NCBI GenBank assembly: GCA_973895155.1
Contig: OZ316898.1
Location: forward strand, 16,413,420-16,477,419
Length of the DNA: 64,000 nucleotides
Origin: Marsupella aquatica
Lineage: Eukaryota; Plantae; Marchantiophyta
Reading direction: 5' to 3'
The translations under genes were made by a program, and so were the position numbers. The notes under the pieces are model-generated. The model did not search any database and had not been told where the DNA came from. It was given only the letters and a program-made list of their open reading frames with translations. Positions 49,015-63,200 of the stretch are shown piece by piece; the first letter of the stretch is position 1, and the number at the start of each line of letters is the position of its first letter.

Positions 49015-52000
49015 TTGACCCCATCTGAGGAGGGATCTTCCGTCGGAAGATCAAGATCAAACTCAAGCGATAGAGGTAAGACTAGAATCACAAAGACTAA
49101 GCCAGTGCCATATGTTGATCTTACAAGACATAGAAGTGAGAGGTACATTGAGGAAGATGTGGATAATTTAAATAGTCTTAGTGATTTTGAAGAGAGGGAA
49201 CAATTTGTGGTACCAGAATCACCTACTGTTGCCAAAAAGGTTCAACATTTAGAAGAGTTGGTGACTCAAGGTGCGCTTGAGGGAGAAAGGGCTAATCAAT
49301 TGATAGGAAACTTAATCTCTAAAGGATCTCTACTTGCACCAATTAAGGTAGGAAAGAAATCGTTTGTTTCATTATCTTCTGGGTCCTCTAGTGCTCGTCC
49401 TCCTTCCATCATGACATCCTCCACAAGGCTGAAATATACGGTTTTCAAGGGAAGAGGCCAAGATCCACATGATTGGTTGGGAGAATTTTTGTCAACAGCC
49501 AAAACCAACAAGGAAAATGCAGATCCAGATCTCTTGCGGATTTTTGAAGGACTCATGAAAAATGAAGCACATAAATGGTATACTCTATCCCTTACCCCAA
49601 CTATTCAGGGTAGCTGGCCTGATTTACAAAATGCTTTTAGGAAAGAATTTAGAGAAGCAGGAGCCACTTCTAGAGTGTTAGCTAGACTTAGGAGAATTCG
49701 CATGAGAAAAAAAGACACATTGAGAACTTATTCTCAGAATGTTAGGAAATTAATTCTTAAGATTAGACCTCTGCCTAGTGATGAGATGCAAACCGAGTAT
49801 TTCACAGGAGGATTGCCTAGAGAGATGAATAGATACATTAGAAGATCACACCCTGCCAATTTAGGAGAAGCGATTGAAGCAGCACAAGAGTTTGAAGATA
49901 CTGAGATGTCTCAGAGAAAAGAATTGAAAAAAGAGGAGAAGAAAGAAAAGGAGAGAGAGAAAAGAAAGCGTAGGAAGAAAAGGTCAGGAGGTAAAAAGAA
50001 AGAAAGAAGTTCTTCTAGTACCTCCTCCTCATCGTCAGAGTCTAGTTCTTCCTGTTCCTCCTCTTTCTCCTCTTCATCATCCTCATCTGATGATGAGTCC
50101 ACCCGCCATCGTAGAGACAGGGGAAAAGTATATCAGCCAACTAATAATGCGCTCAAGTCCCTTACAGGTGTGAAGAAAATGATTGATGAGTTGAGTGGCA
50201 AATTTGATAAACTTTCAGTTAATTTGGCAGACAATCGCCCAAAGAGGAGGCCTGCTCCGATAAACCGACCAAATGTTTGGTGCGCTAGATGTGGAGAAAG
50301 AGGCCACTATCCAGTGGAGTGTCCCCACATGGGGAGGCAAGCTCAATACATCGCGGAAGAATGGGACAAACCAGCCTACTATGCACAAGAACAAGACAAG
50401 ATTGACTGGTACATGGTCAATAATCCCCCGCCTATGAGAAGACCAATGGGACCACCAAGACCACCAATGGGTCGGGGTATGGGAGGAAGTATGATGCCTA
50501 GGCCCATGACAATGAGACCTCCTGTCAAACCTCCAATGGAACCACCCGGAGGCTATCCACCTCGTACACAGAGAATCCCTGGGACCTGCTACAATTGTGG
50601 AGTAGCGGGACATTATGCACCTGAGTGCCCTTACCCAAAGGCTCCTTATGCATATACCCCTATATGTGGGAACTGTGGAGACGAGGGCCATCTCCCAATC
50701 GAATGCCCCAAACCCGTGCAGCCAAAGTTGATGGTGAAGTATGTGAAGGATCCGGAGAAGGGAGAAACGGCAGAAGTCCGGATGATATTTCTGGAAGACA
50801 CGCACCTCATAACTGAGGGGAAGGTGAACCCGGAGGAATTGATTCCAGTATATCGAACCACAACCCGAAGTGCCAAAAGGAAAGAGCTGCTCAAGAATAC
50901 CCAAAGCGATTTTCCAGCCGCACCAATCGCTTTGCCAAAACGCGATTCTTCCAACGGACCAATCGCTTTTCCTCATAAGCATGCAAGGAAGGCTAGAGCA
51001 AATGAACAACCGCTTGGAGGTAAGCAGAAGGAGGGACTTCCCAAGGAATTAGACCCAACATATGACAGGTATGACCCTAAGTACTTTATCCGTGACATAT
51101 CTTCAGAAGCTCAAGAGTACATTGAGACAGAAGTCACAAATCAGACTTCTAAGGAGCAAGTGCCTTTTAAACAAGTCACCTTTCAAGATGGATCAAAATT
51201 TGAGGGTGTTAGAGTAGATGAGAAGTTAGGATATAATATAGTTAAAGATGTGGCTAGTACTCCAGCTAATGTTACTTTTGGAGAGTTGTTGAGGGATAAT
51301 GCATTGTATAGGAAGCAGCTTAAACCTCTTTTAAGTAGTAGGCGTAGGAAGTATAAGATGCCCCCGATGTCTGTGAATTTTACTGAGATAGAGGATTTTG
51401 GAGCCCCGGATGTAGAATTACAAATTGATGGATGCCTTATTAGGAGTGTACCTATTGATGGTGGGTCTGGAGTCAATATAATGATAGCACAAACAGCAAG
51501 ATCATTAGGATTTAGTAAGTTTGAAGCAACTCCTCGTGTTCTTAGAATGGCAGACCAATCTAGGGTCTTTCCTTTAGGAAAATTAGGAAACATAGAGGTT
51601 ATCATAGGAGGGTTACCTTTTGTCTTAAATTTTTTGATAATTGACTCCCCTAAACCATCTACTTTCCCTATCCTTTTAGGTAGACCATGGCTCTACAAGG
51701 CCAAAGTCAAGGTGAATTGGGAAAACAAAACTTTTTCTTTTGGGCACCCCAAAGTTATCTTGTCTTGGGATAAAGTGCAGCATCTCGGTGAGACCATGTC
51801 GTCCGATCCGGGATACACTTCAGATGATAGTACCTCGACAGTGGAATCAAGATGGGTAGACGAGATGATGAAGCTCAAAGAGGAGGATTTTAAGTTTGAG
51901 GAGGATGTTCGATACTTGGAGGTCTACACCTACTCAACCGGTGAAGATGAAGAGGTCAGGCAAGTCCACGAGACAAATTCTCCAGAAAGGTCTGAAATTC

Positions 52001-54993
52001 CCTCTTCCAATCCTACTTTGATTCTTGCACCTAAACCGATTTTTACACCTAAAGCAATTCTTTCACCTCTTCTGGAACCGAAACCGATTGAGGAGATGGA
52101 AGAATCGGATTGGGAAGAATAGCAATTACAGAAACCTAAGGAAGGCGAGGTAGCCCTAGGGAAGAGTACTGCCTACTTTGAGGAATCAGCTAGTATGACT
52201 GAGGGTATGGTTAAGAAAACCCAATATGTTAAAATTGAATTAGAAACCGATAAAACCCTCAATGTAGGAAGAGCGTTAGATGACATATCTAAGCAAAAAT
52301 ATAAGAAGCTACTAGAAGAATATAAAGATGTTTTTGCATGGAGCCACCATGACCTTAAAGGCATTTCCACTACCTTAGGTGAACATAGGATAGATGTGGT
52401 AGAAGGGGCAATTCCTATTAGGCAACGTTAGTATAGACTGAATCCTAAGTACTCTCTTATGGTTAAAACCGAATTAGATAAGTTGCTTGAAGCTGGTTTC
52501 ATTTATCCTGTCTTAAGTAGTGAGTGGGTCTCACCAATAGTGATAGTTCCTAAGAAGCCTGGACCAGACGGAAAGGTTAAGATTAGGGTATGTCAAGATT
52601 ATAGAAAATTAAATGCCGCTACTAGAAAAGATTTCCATCCTTTACCTTTTACTGATACTATCTTAGATCAGGTTGCTGGTCATGAGATGTATAGTTTCCT
52701 AGATGGATTTTCAGGTTATAACCAGGTATTTATTAGGAAATCAGATCAGTCCAAGACCACATTCACAACCGATTGGGGTACTTATGCTTTTTCTAGAATG
52801 CCTTTCGGTTTGTGCAATGCCCCCGCTACTTTTCAAAGACTAATGACTGTTATTTTCCAGGAATACTTGCGGGATTTTTATAGATGATTTTTGTGTCTAT
52901 GGGCAGAAGAAAGACCATTTAGAGTATTTGAAGAAAACATTTGCCAAGTGTCGGGAGGCAGGGCTATGTTTACACCCTGAGAAGTGCTATTTTGGCATGA
53001 AGGAGGGAATTTTGCTTGGGCATAAGATATCCCAGAGTGGCATTGCTGTGGATCATGATAAAGTCGCGGTAATCCTTGCCTTAAAAGTTCCCACTAACTT
53101 GCGTGAGCTAAGGGGTTTCCTAGGGTATGTGGGTTATTACCGTCGGTTTGTAGAGGGCTACTCCATCCTTGCCACACCTCTTACTCAACTCCTCAAGAAG
53201 GATGCTCCTTATGTGTGGACTGATGCTAGGGAAAATGCCTTCATTACCCTCAAATATAAGTTAATAGTCGCTCCTGTCCTTATCCCGCCTGATTGGGAAA
53301 AAGTTTTTCATGTTTTTGTAGATACCTCCAAGTTTTGTATAGGCTTAGAACTAAGTCAAAAGGATGAGCATGATAAGAGCCATCCGGTTTATTTTGCTAG
53401 TCGCCAGTTGAATAGTGCAGAGAGAAATTACTCCACCACGGAGAGAGAGGCCTTAGGCATGGTCTTTGCTTGCAAAAAGTTCAGACACTACCTCCTTGGC
53501 TATGACACTGTGTTTCATACGGACCATCATTCGTTGAAATATCTGTTCAACAAGGTGGACCTGTCGGGCCGAATTGCAAGGTGGGTCCTGCTTTTGCAAG
53601 AATTCCAATTCAAAGTGGAAGTACGAGCAGGCAAGAGTCACATCAATGCAGACTACTTATCTCGGTTGGAGGGAGAAGATGGCAAGGAAGCGGTACCAGA
53701 TCATTTTCCTGATGAGGAGTTGTTTCACATCGAGGGAGAACAATCGCTTTATGCTGATATTGTGACTTACCTTTTGACGGGACGACCACCAGAGCCAATG
53801 AATGCAGAGCAACAAGCGGTTTTTGTGTATAAGGCAGGGCCTTATACTCTCATTCAAGGTGTGTTACACAAAGCCATGCCTGATCTTAAACTCAAGAGGT
53901 GTTTGGAGCGGCATGAAATCCCTTGGGTGATAAGTGCTTTACATGAAGGGAATTCTGGAGGGCATTTTGCTGTTGCGACTACAATTGCTAAAATTAGAGA
54001 TGCGGGCTACTGGTGGCCCTCTATGCATAGGGATGTTTTCCAGTTTATCAAGGGATGTGATCCGTGCCAAAGGATGGGAAAACCTCTGCTGAGTGGGAGA
54101 TGGCCCTTAATACCTATCATGCCTTTGGCTCCATTTGAGATGTGGGTCCTATCCAACCAGTGACACAAAGGAGGAGAAATCGCTACATCATTGTTGCAAC
54201 AGATTACGCCACTAAATGGGTGGAAGCCGAGGCAGTGAGAAGAGATGATGCCGCCATCATAGCACTTTTTCTTTTTGATAATATTATCACTAGATATGGT
54301 TGCCCTTTAGAGTTGGTCAGTGATAGAGGCACACACTTCCTCAACAGCACCATGGAACTTCTCACAAACACCTACCTGATTAAGCACAGAAAAACAACAC
54401 CCTATAATCCTAAAGCAAACTGTTTGACGGAGAGAGCAAATGGCATTATTTGTAAGATTCTCACAAAAATCGTTTCAGCACACAAGAGTGATTGGGATAT
54501 GAAGCTTCCGTCTGCACTTTGGGCTTATAGGACAGCACAAAAGATCACAACCAAATGCACTCCCTTTTATATGGTTTATGGTATGGACTCCATTGTTCCT
54601 ATAGAATTTAGTATACCTACTGCACGGATATTAGATGACAGAAGATTACCTCCTGAGGAAAGTCAGCTCCTTAGATTGGTAGAGTTGGAGCACTTAGAGG
54701 AAAATCGCCTCTATGCACTCACACACACTCATACTCAGCAACAGAATCGGAAAGTGAATTATGATAAGAAGCTGAAGTCGACCACTATTGAAGCTGGAGA
54801 TTTAGTTTTACTTTATGACAACCGTTATTTAAAATTTCCAGGGAAACTCCACACTAGGTGGGGTGGACCCTATTTAGTTAAAAATGTTTGGGCTAATGGT
54901 AGTCTCCAACTTGCCACCACTGCTGGAGACCTATTACCCACTAGAGTTAATGGTCATAGAGTCAAAAAATATACCTCCCAGAGTTTAGATTAA
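49015..54993 (+). pseudogene. Gypsy gag-pol polyprotein (two TAG stops, two small frameshifting deletions)
   Basis: Retrotransposon gag, three CCHC knuckles, protease IDGGSGVN, RT (SFLDGFSGYNQ, MPFGLCNAPATFQR, IDD at ~52880), RNase H (FVDTS, NYSTTEREAL, TDHHSL), integrase (HEGNSGGHF..CDPCQ, SDRGTHF, WGGPY). Confidence 0.95.
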
Positions 54994-55155
54994 TGTCGCG
55001 TGGCCACTCCAATTATGAGGAGGGGGTGGTATATGAAGTTGTATCCTATAAGGATTAGCAAGGTAGAAGTACTGAATAGAATAGTTTTAAAAATAAAAAA
55101 ATAAAAAAATAAAAAATTTAAAGTCCCCTATCTAGGAATGTTTAGGTTTAGTAAC

Positions 55156-57959
55156 ATGGAAAGCTCAAACCAAAGAGGAAAAGAAACCCTAGTAAAAACG
55201 GTAAAACGATTTAAGAGATTTATATGCCAGAAGTTGAACAAAGCAATCAAGTACTGAGATGCCAACAAAGTACGAGCCTTGGTGCTTTGAGGGAATCAAG
55301 AGAGAGGAGGGACTATTCAGGTCCAGAATTTATCATTGCTATCGAAGGAACGTCGAGCGATTCTTGAAGGCAGTGGCAGAGTACTGTGAGCAAACGTTTT
55401 CTTCTTGGGAGTGGAAGCAATCTGATCCATCAAAGGGAGGCTTTTAGCAATAGACGAGAGTTTTCTTGATCCAAGATTGGGGAGAGCGATGGGAAAGGCA
55501 AAGATGGTTTTGATGCCACCTGATTCAGAGATCGTGGCGAATGTAGACAACTATCAGAAAGTGGGGATAGAATCGCTTGCGGATTTCCTTTGGGTGATTA
55601 TAGCGCAAGTTTGGTGGATGAAATTTGGCTGCAGAATAGGACCTCAAAAGGGTTGAGCCCCAGGTCGGATTATATTGCATTCAGTCTGAAGGCAGTAGCG
55701 GACTGCTATGTCATTTCATCTTTAGGTCTCACCCCTGAGGATTTTACGTCTTCCCGTCTCTTCCATGACATTTGCAAGGATCGATTTTTGAGTGCGTTTA
55801 CAAAGGAAGGTTTCATGCCCAATTCTGCTTGTGATCCTACGCTTAGGGCGATTTTCCGCTTCATCGTGCCCATCCTTACTCCTGATAAGCCAAAAAGGAT
55901 TACTGGAAAGTTGGCAGCGATGATTATCACTGCATATGAGAAGGGGAAGCCGGTCAACTGGGCAAGTCTTCTTTGGGACTCGTTTTAGCTACGATGCAAA
56001 AAGGTGAAGGATGGGATGGATTTCTTTATTTCGCCAATGTTGTATCATCTGTATCGATTGGAGGGGAAACTGTCACCTATGGAACTCCAAGAATATGAAG
56101 AGGCCTTGGCCAATCGGTCACTCATGGAAGATCTGCCTTCAGCTGAGGATGCCACTGACAGCGAAGAGGAAGATTGTGCTGAACCGATCGTCAAATCTGA
56201 AGTGATCGGCGGCCGAGTGTTGCAGAAACGACAAGAGACAGTCAAATCGCCTCCTAGAGCATCAAAGATCAAGAAGAGAGAGGGGGCAGTGCCGTTTGTG
56301 AATCTGGAAGGCGAAGAAGACATTTCCCTGATTGAAGCAAAATTTTGTGCTATTACAGAGGAGTTTTGTAAGGAAAATTCCGCAAATGCTAAACTTGTGG
56401 AGGACTTGTCAAATCATTTTTCTTGCCCTTCAACTAACCTTCTTGATCACATTGACAAATTGCTACTTCAAGTTGCTGCTGCCAATAAAGAGAAGCAGAA
56501 CAAAGACAAAGCGCTTGGAGAAGCAAATTCAAGAATTGGTCCAAGGAACTGTTTTGCCAGCGATTCAGCATTCTGTTGTACAGATCGGAGAAGCAGCTCA
56601 AACAATCGCTCTGTCGACAGTAGAACGACTCCAACTTGCGGCATTGACCTCTGAAGGGTGGCAGACTAATGAGAAGAGTTTGAGCCGGATTGCCACAGCC
56701 ATTACTAATCAGAAAGGACTTCTGGACCGGAAGTATGAAGTACTATTCAAGGTGGTAGGCGAATTGAAAGATTTTGTTGACCACCGTCTTCCTGCCATTC
56801 CTCCACCCAAAATGATTCTTGAAGAGAGACCTCAGACAGAAGCAGTCATTTTACCGATCCGTAATGATTTGACTGTATTATCGTGTGAAGGGAGACAAGA
56901 CTTAGAGCGATTTCCCATGGGTTAATTCGTTTCATTACACCCTCGGTCGATTTCCTTTGCTACTACCGTTTTCAAAAGCTCATGGTCTGTTATTATTATT
57001 GTTTACCCGACTTTGAAAAGACCAGAAAGGTATCATTGACCCTAATCTATAGTGTCTAGAGTAAATCCACTACGGATGCCCGAGAATTGCTAGCATTTGC
57101 CTTACTTTTTGGAGACCTGCAAGTTGATGATCTTTCTCTAGCTACCAGACTGCTTGGAAACCTTGCAGGGTGGGCTACTAAGTTTCAATGTGGCTATCTA
57201 GCCAAGTTAGATGAGCATCTTTCAAACTTGGTCGCTGGTGACATTGAGATTCACTCTGGCTCTACTGTCAACTTGATACCAGACGTTTCCAATGGTTCAT
57301 GTAATTTTGATTCCCTAATCCAGAAGCGGAGGGCGACTGTCACTTTGGAGAGCCAGGTACTTTTGGAAGGCTTGAAGTCAAATCTTGAAGTTTTTTGAGA
57401 ACAGGAAAGCCCTACAGTCTTTGACCGGATACAGCAAATCGGAGGTGATTCCGGATTCAGCGTCGAAAAATTGCAGAGGGCGATTCTTGCATCCGCCCGA
57501 GTTCAGATACTGCTTCTCACTGATGAAAAGTTTGAGTTGTCAGAGGAAATTCGCCGGTACTCCTGCCCTACCCCGATGATTGACCGTGAATATGTTTTTG
57601 TTGCTAAGATGGTGGAAGACAATCAGTTGTTCAATCCTCCATTGGTTACTCCTGAATTTACTCAGCCTCAGTTTGAAGAAGACCAGGACTTATCTGAACC
57701 TTGCAATTCTTCTGTTGAGCCTTGCAATTCTTCTCCAGTTAATGACATTCCAACAGAGGATGTTTTAGAAGAGGATGAGGAGCCAAGTACCGAGATCATT
57801 CAGATGGAGACCATTGAGGACTCTTTTCCCCCTGTCCGCCGATCCGGTCTTGAGAAGCAAAAGCAATTCAAATCCCACTCCTTGGCCAGAAGTCTTAAGA
57901 AGACCCGGAGATTCCCACCCGCTGTCCTCAAGCAAAAGATGCCACCAAGCGATAGTTGA
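55156..57959 (+). pseudogene. Degraded accessory ORF(s) downstream of pol
   Basis: Run of same-strand ORFs (55590, 56004, 56332, 57087, 57471) with a KPKRITGKLAAMIITAYEKGKPVNWA motif and a coiled-coil segment, in the position of Athila-type extra ORFs. Confidence 0.6.
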
Positions 57960-59181
57960 GGCCTGAAGTACATGCTGCCATTTTGTGAGAAGATTTCTGA
58001 ATTTCAGGGCACTGTTTAAAGAGCCTGATGTACTACAGAGATTCGAAGGAGAGCTTTATAAACTGTGACATTTTTTCAGCTGTGCTTACTTGATGACTCT
58101 GAACTGAGATGTTTTCTGCTGGCGAATTTCCCCCTTATGTTTTATTCTTCCTACTCTGGATCCTTTGCAAAACTCTATCTCTATTGTACCTCAATCGCTT
58201 TTAATCAGGAATTATGAAGCGATCTCTTTCCTTTCAATAAGTTTATTCATTTTCTTTTCTTTCATCCTCCCCATGTTTATCCCTTAGTGCTCAGTCCCTG
58301 AAAACTACCTTTTCCTTTACATATTTCCCAAAAATCTCCAAAAGTTATTAAAATCAGAACCGTTTCTATCCTTTGAGTCAAAATACCTCAAACCGTTTCA
58401 TTTTTAACTTTAAAACTCTCTTTGTTTTTCCTTAGCTTACCCATCTTTTGATTTTTCCTCAGTGAATTCTCCCTAACTTTTGACCTCTCCTCCATTAAAT
58501 CTCCCATGTCTGGCCATAGAACTCCTGGTTCTATAAGGATTGCTGCTTTGAGAAGAGCTTTTCTTCAAACTCAGACCTTGAGTGTGAGAGGAAGGAACGG
58601 CTTGCATTGGATTGCCATTACTTGGTGGGAAGATGTTACCCTACATATTATCCATTTTTCTCTCAATGGGACCATCAATAACATTGAGCATTTGGTACTG
58701 GACATTTATGCTTTTGTGACGCCGCCGGTACGGCGAGTAATGAGCAATTTGGTCTAAACCGTGCCTAGCACACGCGTTAGGGGTATCTTAGGCCGCTATG
58801 ATTAGCATAACGATAGTATATAGGTAGCCATTATGAGTAGGAAATCATTAGTCAATAAGGGGAATTCATGTTCGGGCTGGCGGCGCGTCGCCATTCGCAC
58901 GCCCGGGTTACGAGCGTGGAGGGGCCCCTCCCTCGGGTCTGTATAACAAACTTCGGGAGGCGTCCACTGACACGCGGTGACTCAGACCGGCGGAGTGGCC
59001 GGTACACTACAAGCATGAACGGTTCAGCCTATAGGCAGCGAGGAGATGTCGGGGGACCGGCAAGCCCTCAAGGTATAAAAAGGGAGCCGACCCTTTGGAG
59101 TGCACCAGTCCATCAGTCCACGCGCCAGCTTTGACCCCAGCTCTCTCGTTCGCTCTAAGTCGCCACTACTATCTCCTCTGA

Positions 59182-59862
59182 ATGTCGCACACGATCCTCT
59201 CCAGCTCGGCCATTTGATTCTGGACGCAGTTCCTATCTATCGGAAGGCACTTGGCCGACTCATTGAAACACGCCAACCCGCGCTGATACGAAATCGAACG
59301 CGAGTACGAGAGAGCCATCCGCCTAGCAGGACGACACCACTACATCCTTAACTTTGACTACCCGTCTCAGAGCAAGCTTTACCGACCAGCAGAGGTATCT
59401 GGGTACTTCTTCAACGGAGACAAATATATCAGTTTCTGGGAAGCATTGCTTCGGCTTCCGGACGAGGTCTTCAATATCCCGGGTACGATCGACTTGCAAC
59501 GACATCACTTCGACCACATCCCTGCTCAGGTTCGGGCTATCATCAACAGCGAGTCCAGCACTACCCATTCGACAAGGTCGTTCGCACTTGCTTCGGAGAA
59601 CTTCTACCAGCACCTGCAGAGCTTCATGGGAACTAGACCCGCAACCACCAGCGCCAGCCCAGTGGACCCCATACCCGTACTCGTACCAACGCAAACTCAG
59701 GCTCAGGCTCAGCTTCAGTCTCAGCCTCAGCCTAGCCAACCCCCACCGCCGATCGCCTCGCCAGCAGTACAAGTACGCTCCATCATCAACGCTGTGGACC
59801 TTAGCGACAACGACGAGGCTACCCCACCCTTGCTCAGGTGGCCCAGAGGAGTAAACACTTAG
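59182..59862 (+). pseudogene. 226-codon ORF of unknown function inside the LTR (two in-frame TGA)
   Basis: ATG at 59182 is in frame with ORF 59446-59862; stops at 59215-59217 and 59284-59286; globular-looking N-terminal half and P/Q-rich tail. Confidence 0.5.
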
Positions 59863-60286
59863 GGGGCCAACACTACATTGTCCCCTCCCCATGCTCGGAC
59901 CCAAGGAGCGGCTCCAGCAGACAACACGGTGACCGTGGCCTTAAGCCAGGGTCGATCCTGTTATCGACTAAGGTACGTTCCGGTGGTGGAACACAAACCA
60001 TACCTAGGAGATGTCTGTATCTAACAGTAGGCGCACTTAGCGATAGTTTATGTGAATTAGGTGCATTACGCGCTTCCCTCCCTGCACGAACCCTCATATT
60101 TACGAAGGAGGTGCCCGTTTAAAGCTGAAGCCCGAGTTTAGGCCAAGGCTGATGACGTGACATAGCCTTTGTTTTTGGCACTAGATGGAGGGGGCACTCT
60201 ACATATTGTAGAGGGGAGACATGTGCGTATTCGCCTGGGCAGAATACACCAGGCCCTAGTACTAACCATCGCATTTACACGAGTAA

Positions 60287-63200
60287 ATGCCCGTCACTCG
60301 TTCTCAAGCAGCTTACTTGAGGAGATTGACCAGCGAACGAGAAGGTGCAACCACAACAAGCTCCGATTCTTCGGGCTCGGAGGACTCGCAATCTCCCCGA
60401 CGAATGAATATACCACCGGGACCTTCGGGGTCCGGTTTGACCGGTCCTACTGCGGTTCCTGTGCCACCACCGCCACCACCGCCACCACCTATGGCAGCCG
60501 CCCCACCGATGGCCCGCGCTGCCTAAGCTCCTCCATAAATATCGCAATGATCGCGGTTTCATTATCAACCTTTCAAAGGGCGTCATGGGGATGATCCGGA
60601 TGAATGGTTGGATGAGTTTGAAGCCACTGCTAAGGCTAACGGGGAAGACGCCATTAAGTTAACCATCCTCCCCGAAGTGATGCGGGGAGAAGCTCGTCCA
60701 TGGTACAACTCGCTGCCACTTGGGACTACATGGGCACAATTCCAAGCTGCGTTGTTGCAAGAATTTCGTGCTATTGGATTCGAGCAGCGCTCTCTATTAA
60801 AGATCGGATAGCTTCGCATGGGAAAAAAGGAGTCCCTACGAAAGTTCATTCAGAAGTTTCAGGAACTTGCTGCCAAAATACGGCCCAGGCCTGGTGACGC
60901 ACTCCAACTTACATGGTTCCTCCATGGTTTGCCCACGAATATGCAATTCTGGGTGCGCCAGAATAATCCAATTTCAATGCAAGCAGCCATAGCGTGCGCC
61001 GAAACCTACCGGGAGTCCACCTATAACTCCCGGCAAAGCCAGCGGGCACGCCGCAAGAAGGGCAAGTACGAGACCTTCAGTGACAGTGACTCCGAATCAG
61101 ACGACGAGAAGAAGAAGAAACGCAAGAAGAAGAAGAAACGCAAGAAGAAGAAGAAACATCGTTCGACCTCGTCCAGTTCGGAGACTGAATCTAGTTTGGA
61201 TTCAACTTCGAACAGCGGGTCCTCCACCTCCAGCTCATCAGGAAGTGATTTGGAGAGTGAGAGCCGGAGCAAGAAGAAGAAAAGGCGGGTTAAAAAGGAG
61301 GGGAAAATCAAATCTCGTACTCGCAGAGCAATACCCGATCCAAAGGCTGCCGAAGCAGATAAGCTTAACAAAATCACAGATCGCCTCAAAGCACTATCAG
61401 TACATCTCACGGAAAAGCCGATGGAGAAGGAGAAACCATCTGAGATTCGAGCCCATGCGTGGTGTTCAAAGTGCTTCCAATCCGGGCATGTCGTGTAAGA
61501 ATGCCCAAGATGGAAGAACCAAGTTCACCAGGTGGACTTAGATGATGTCGACAACCCGGGACCTGAAGCGGAGTCCATGGAGTATTTCTTTGAAGACCCT
61601 CCTGATTCGGTGTATCAGATTTCAACAGTGGGTCCGCGTAACTTAGCGGGTAGAACTGCATACCCCTACCCAAACAATGGCCGAGGCTTCCAAGTTATCA
61701 GTAACCCTAGCATTCCTCCTAAACCAGGGATTTGGCGATCCCCGGTTTGTTACAACTGTGAGAAGCCAGGCCATTTTGCGAGGGAATGCACAGAACCAAG
61801 ACGCCAGGGGGATGGCCGTGGCACGCCACTTTGTCAAGTCTGCAAAACGGAAGCTCATTCCATGGCCAACTGTCCATTGGTAATGGCCGCTCGAACAAAT
61901 GCAGCAAGACCAGCCCAGGGCGGACCGGCCACGAGTGATGCGGTCATCCAAATGATTGCGGTGGAATGGCAAGATGACAACACCGAGTGGGTGAATCTGG
62001 TGGACGTGGCGGAACACCCTAATCCATCTGACGAGGCTGAGTGCTATCGTGTGTCAACAAGAGCCGAACGGAAGGAAGAGAAGCAGGAGGAGAAACGCAG
62101 GAAAAAGCAAGATACTACTCCGGTGCAGCCAGCGATAGATATACCCCCGAAGAAGGACGATGACTACCGACGGGATGACCCGAAGCTATTTTTCCCCCGC
62201 ATCGAAGAATTGGTAAAGAAACAGTTGGAGGCCTACGAAGCTCGGGAATACCAGAAGGCAATCGATAAGGACATCAAAGCAGCTGAGACAGCCCGGCGAC
62301 AGGAGCAAGAAAAGCAAGATAAGCAAGAGGAAGCCAAGCAGCAACCGAAGGAAGAAAAGAAGGAGGACTATGATATTAAGGAGGATGTGAAGAGTTGCCC
62401 GGTTACAGCAACGGTAGGACAACTGCTGCAAAACAATCCACAGTACAAACGACAACTGAGGGAGTTGCTTACGGGTCGACGACGAAGACGACTACCCCGA
62501 GTTGGGACCACGGATTGCAACATGATATGCGAGGACCTGGGAGCGCCGGACATCTCTATTGAAATTAATAATTGTACCATCAGGATGGTTCTTGTAGACG
62601 GAGGAGCGGGAGTCAACATCATGATGGAAGAAACGTCAGTCAAGTTAGGATACCTCACGTATCAACCCACAGCCCGAGCTATCAGATTAGCAAACGGGGC
62701 AAGGGTACTTCCATTGGGCACGCTTACACGGGTACTCACTCTGGTAGGAGGGGTGGAGTTCTATCTCAACTTCCTAGTCATGAGGCCGGTTCGGCCCTCC
62801 TCTTATCCGGTCCTCCTAGGCAGGCCGTGGCTGTACGGTGGCCGTGTGGTCACGGATTGGGGAAAGAAGGAGCTACGGTTTGGGACACCCACAGTACGGG
62901 TATCATGGGCAATGGACAATTATCAGGGCGAAACCCCATAGGGACCCGAGGAATATGATTCGGAGACCTCGGAGGAAGAGGAACTCAACATGATTGAACT
63001 CATCTCGTCCCTGTCCGAGGAAGATGTCTTCAGAATTGAGGCAACCCGCGAAACACATCTCCTGAATTACCCGAAGGCTGCTATTGAGCCCACCCCAAGC
63101 ACCTCTACTGCCCGGGATGAGGAAACACAAAAATGACTCATCGATACGGAGGACCTGGCTCCAGCTAAGCAGGGAGCCGATGTTGCTTCTACCAGTGCAG

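Larger units (their letters stand above)
47074..58714 (+). mobile_element. Non-chromovirus Ty3/gypsy retrotransposon (Athila/Phygy-like), 3' part interrupted by a nested gypsy
   Basis: Inferred 5' LTR 47074-48252 (TGTGG...CCACA), PBS at 48262, gag-PR-RT-RH-IN, then extra 3' ORFs. The 3' LTR is not in the window, so the LTR left end rests on the terminal inverted repeat only. Confidence 0.85.

Noticed and set aside
55013-55030. GAGGAGGGGG followed by TG as PPT plus 3' LTR start
   Set aside because: The downstream sequence does not match the 47074 LTR; at most this is an internal PPT-like tract.
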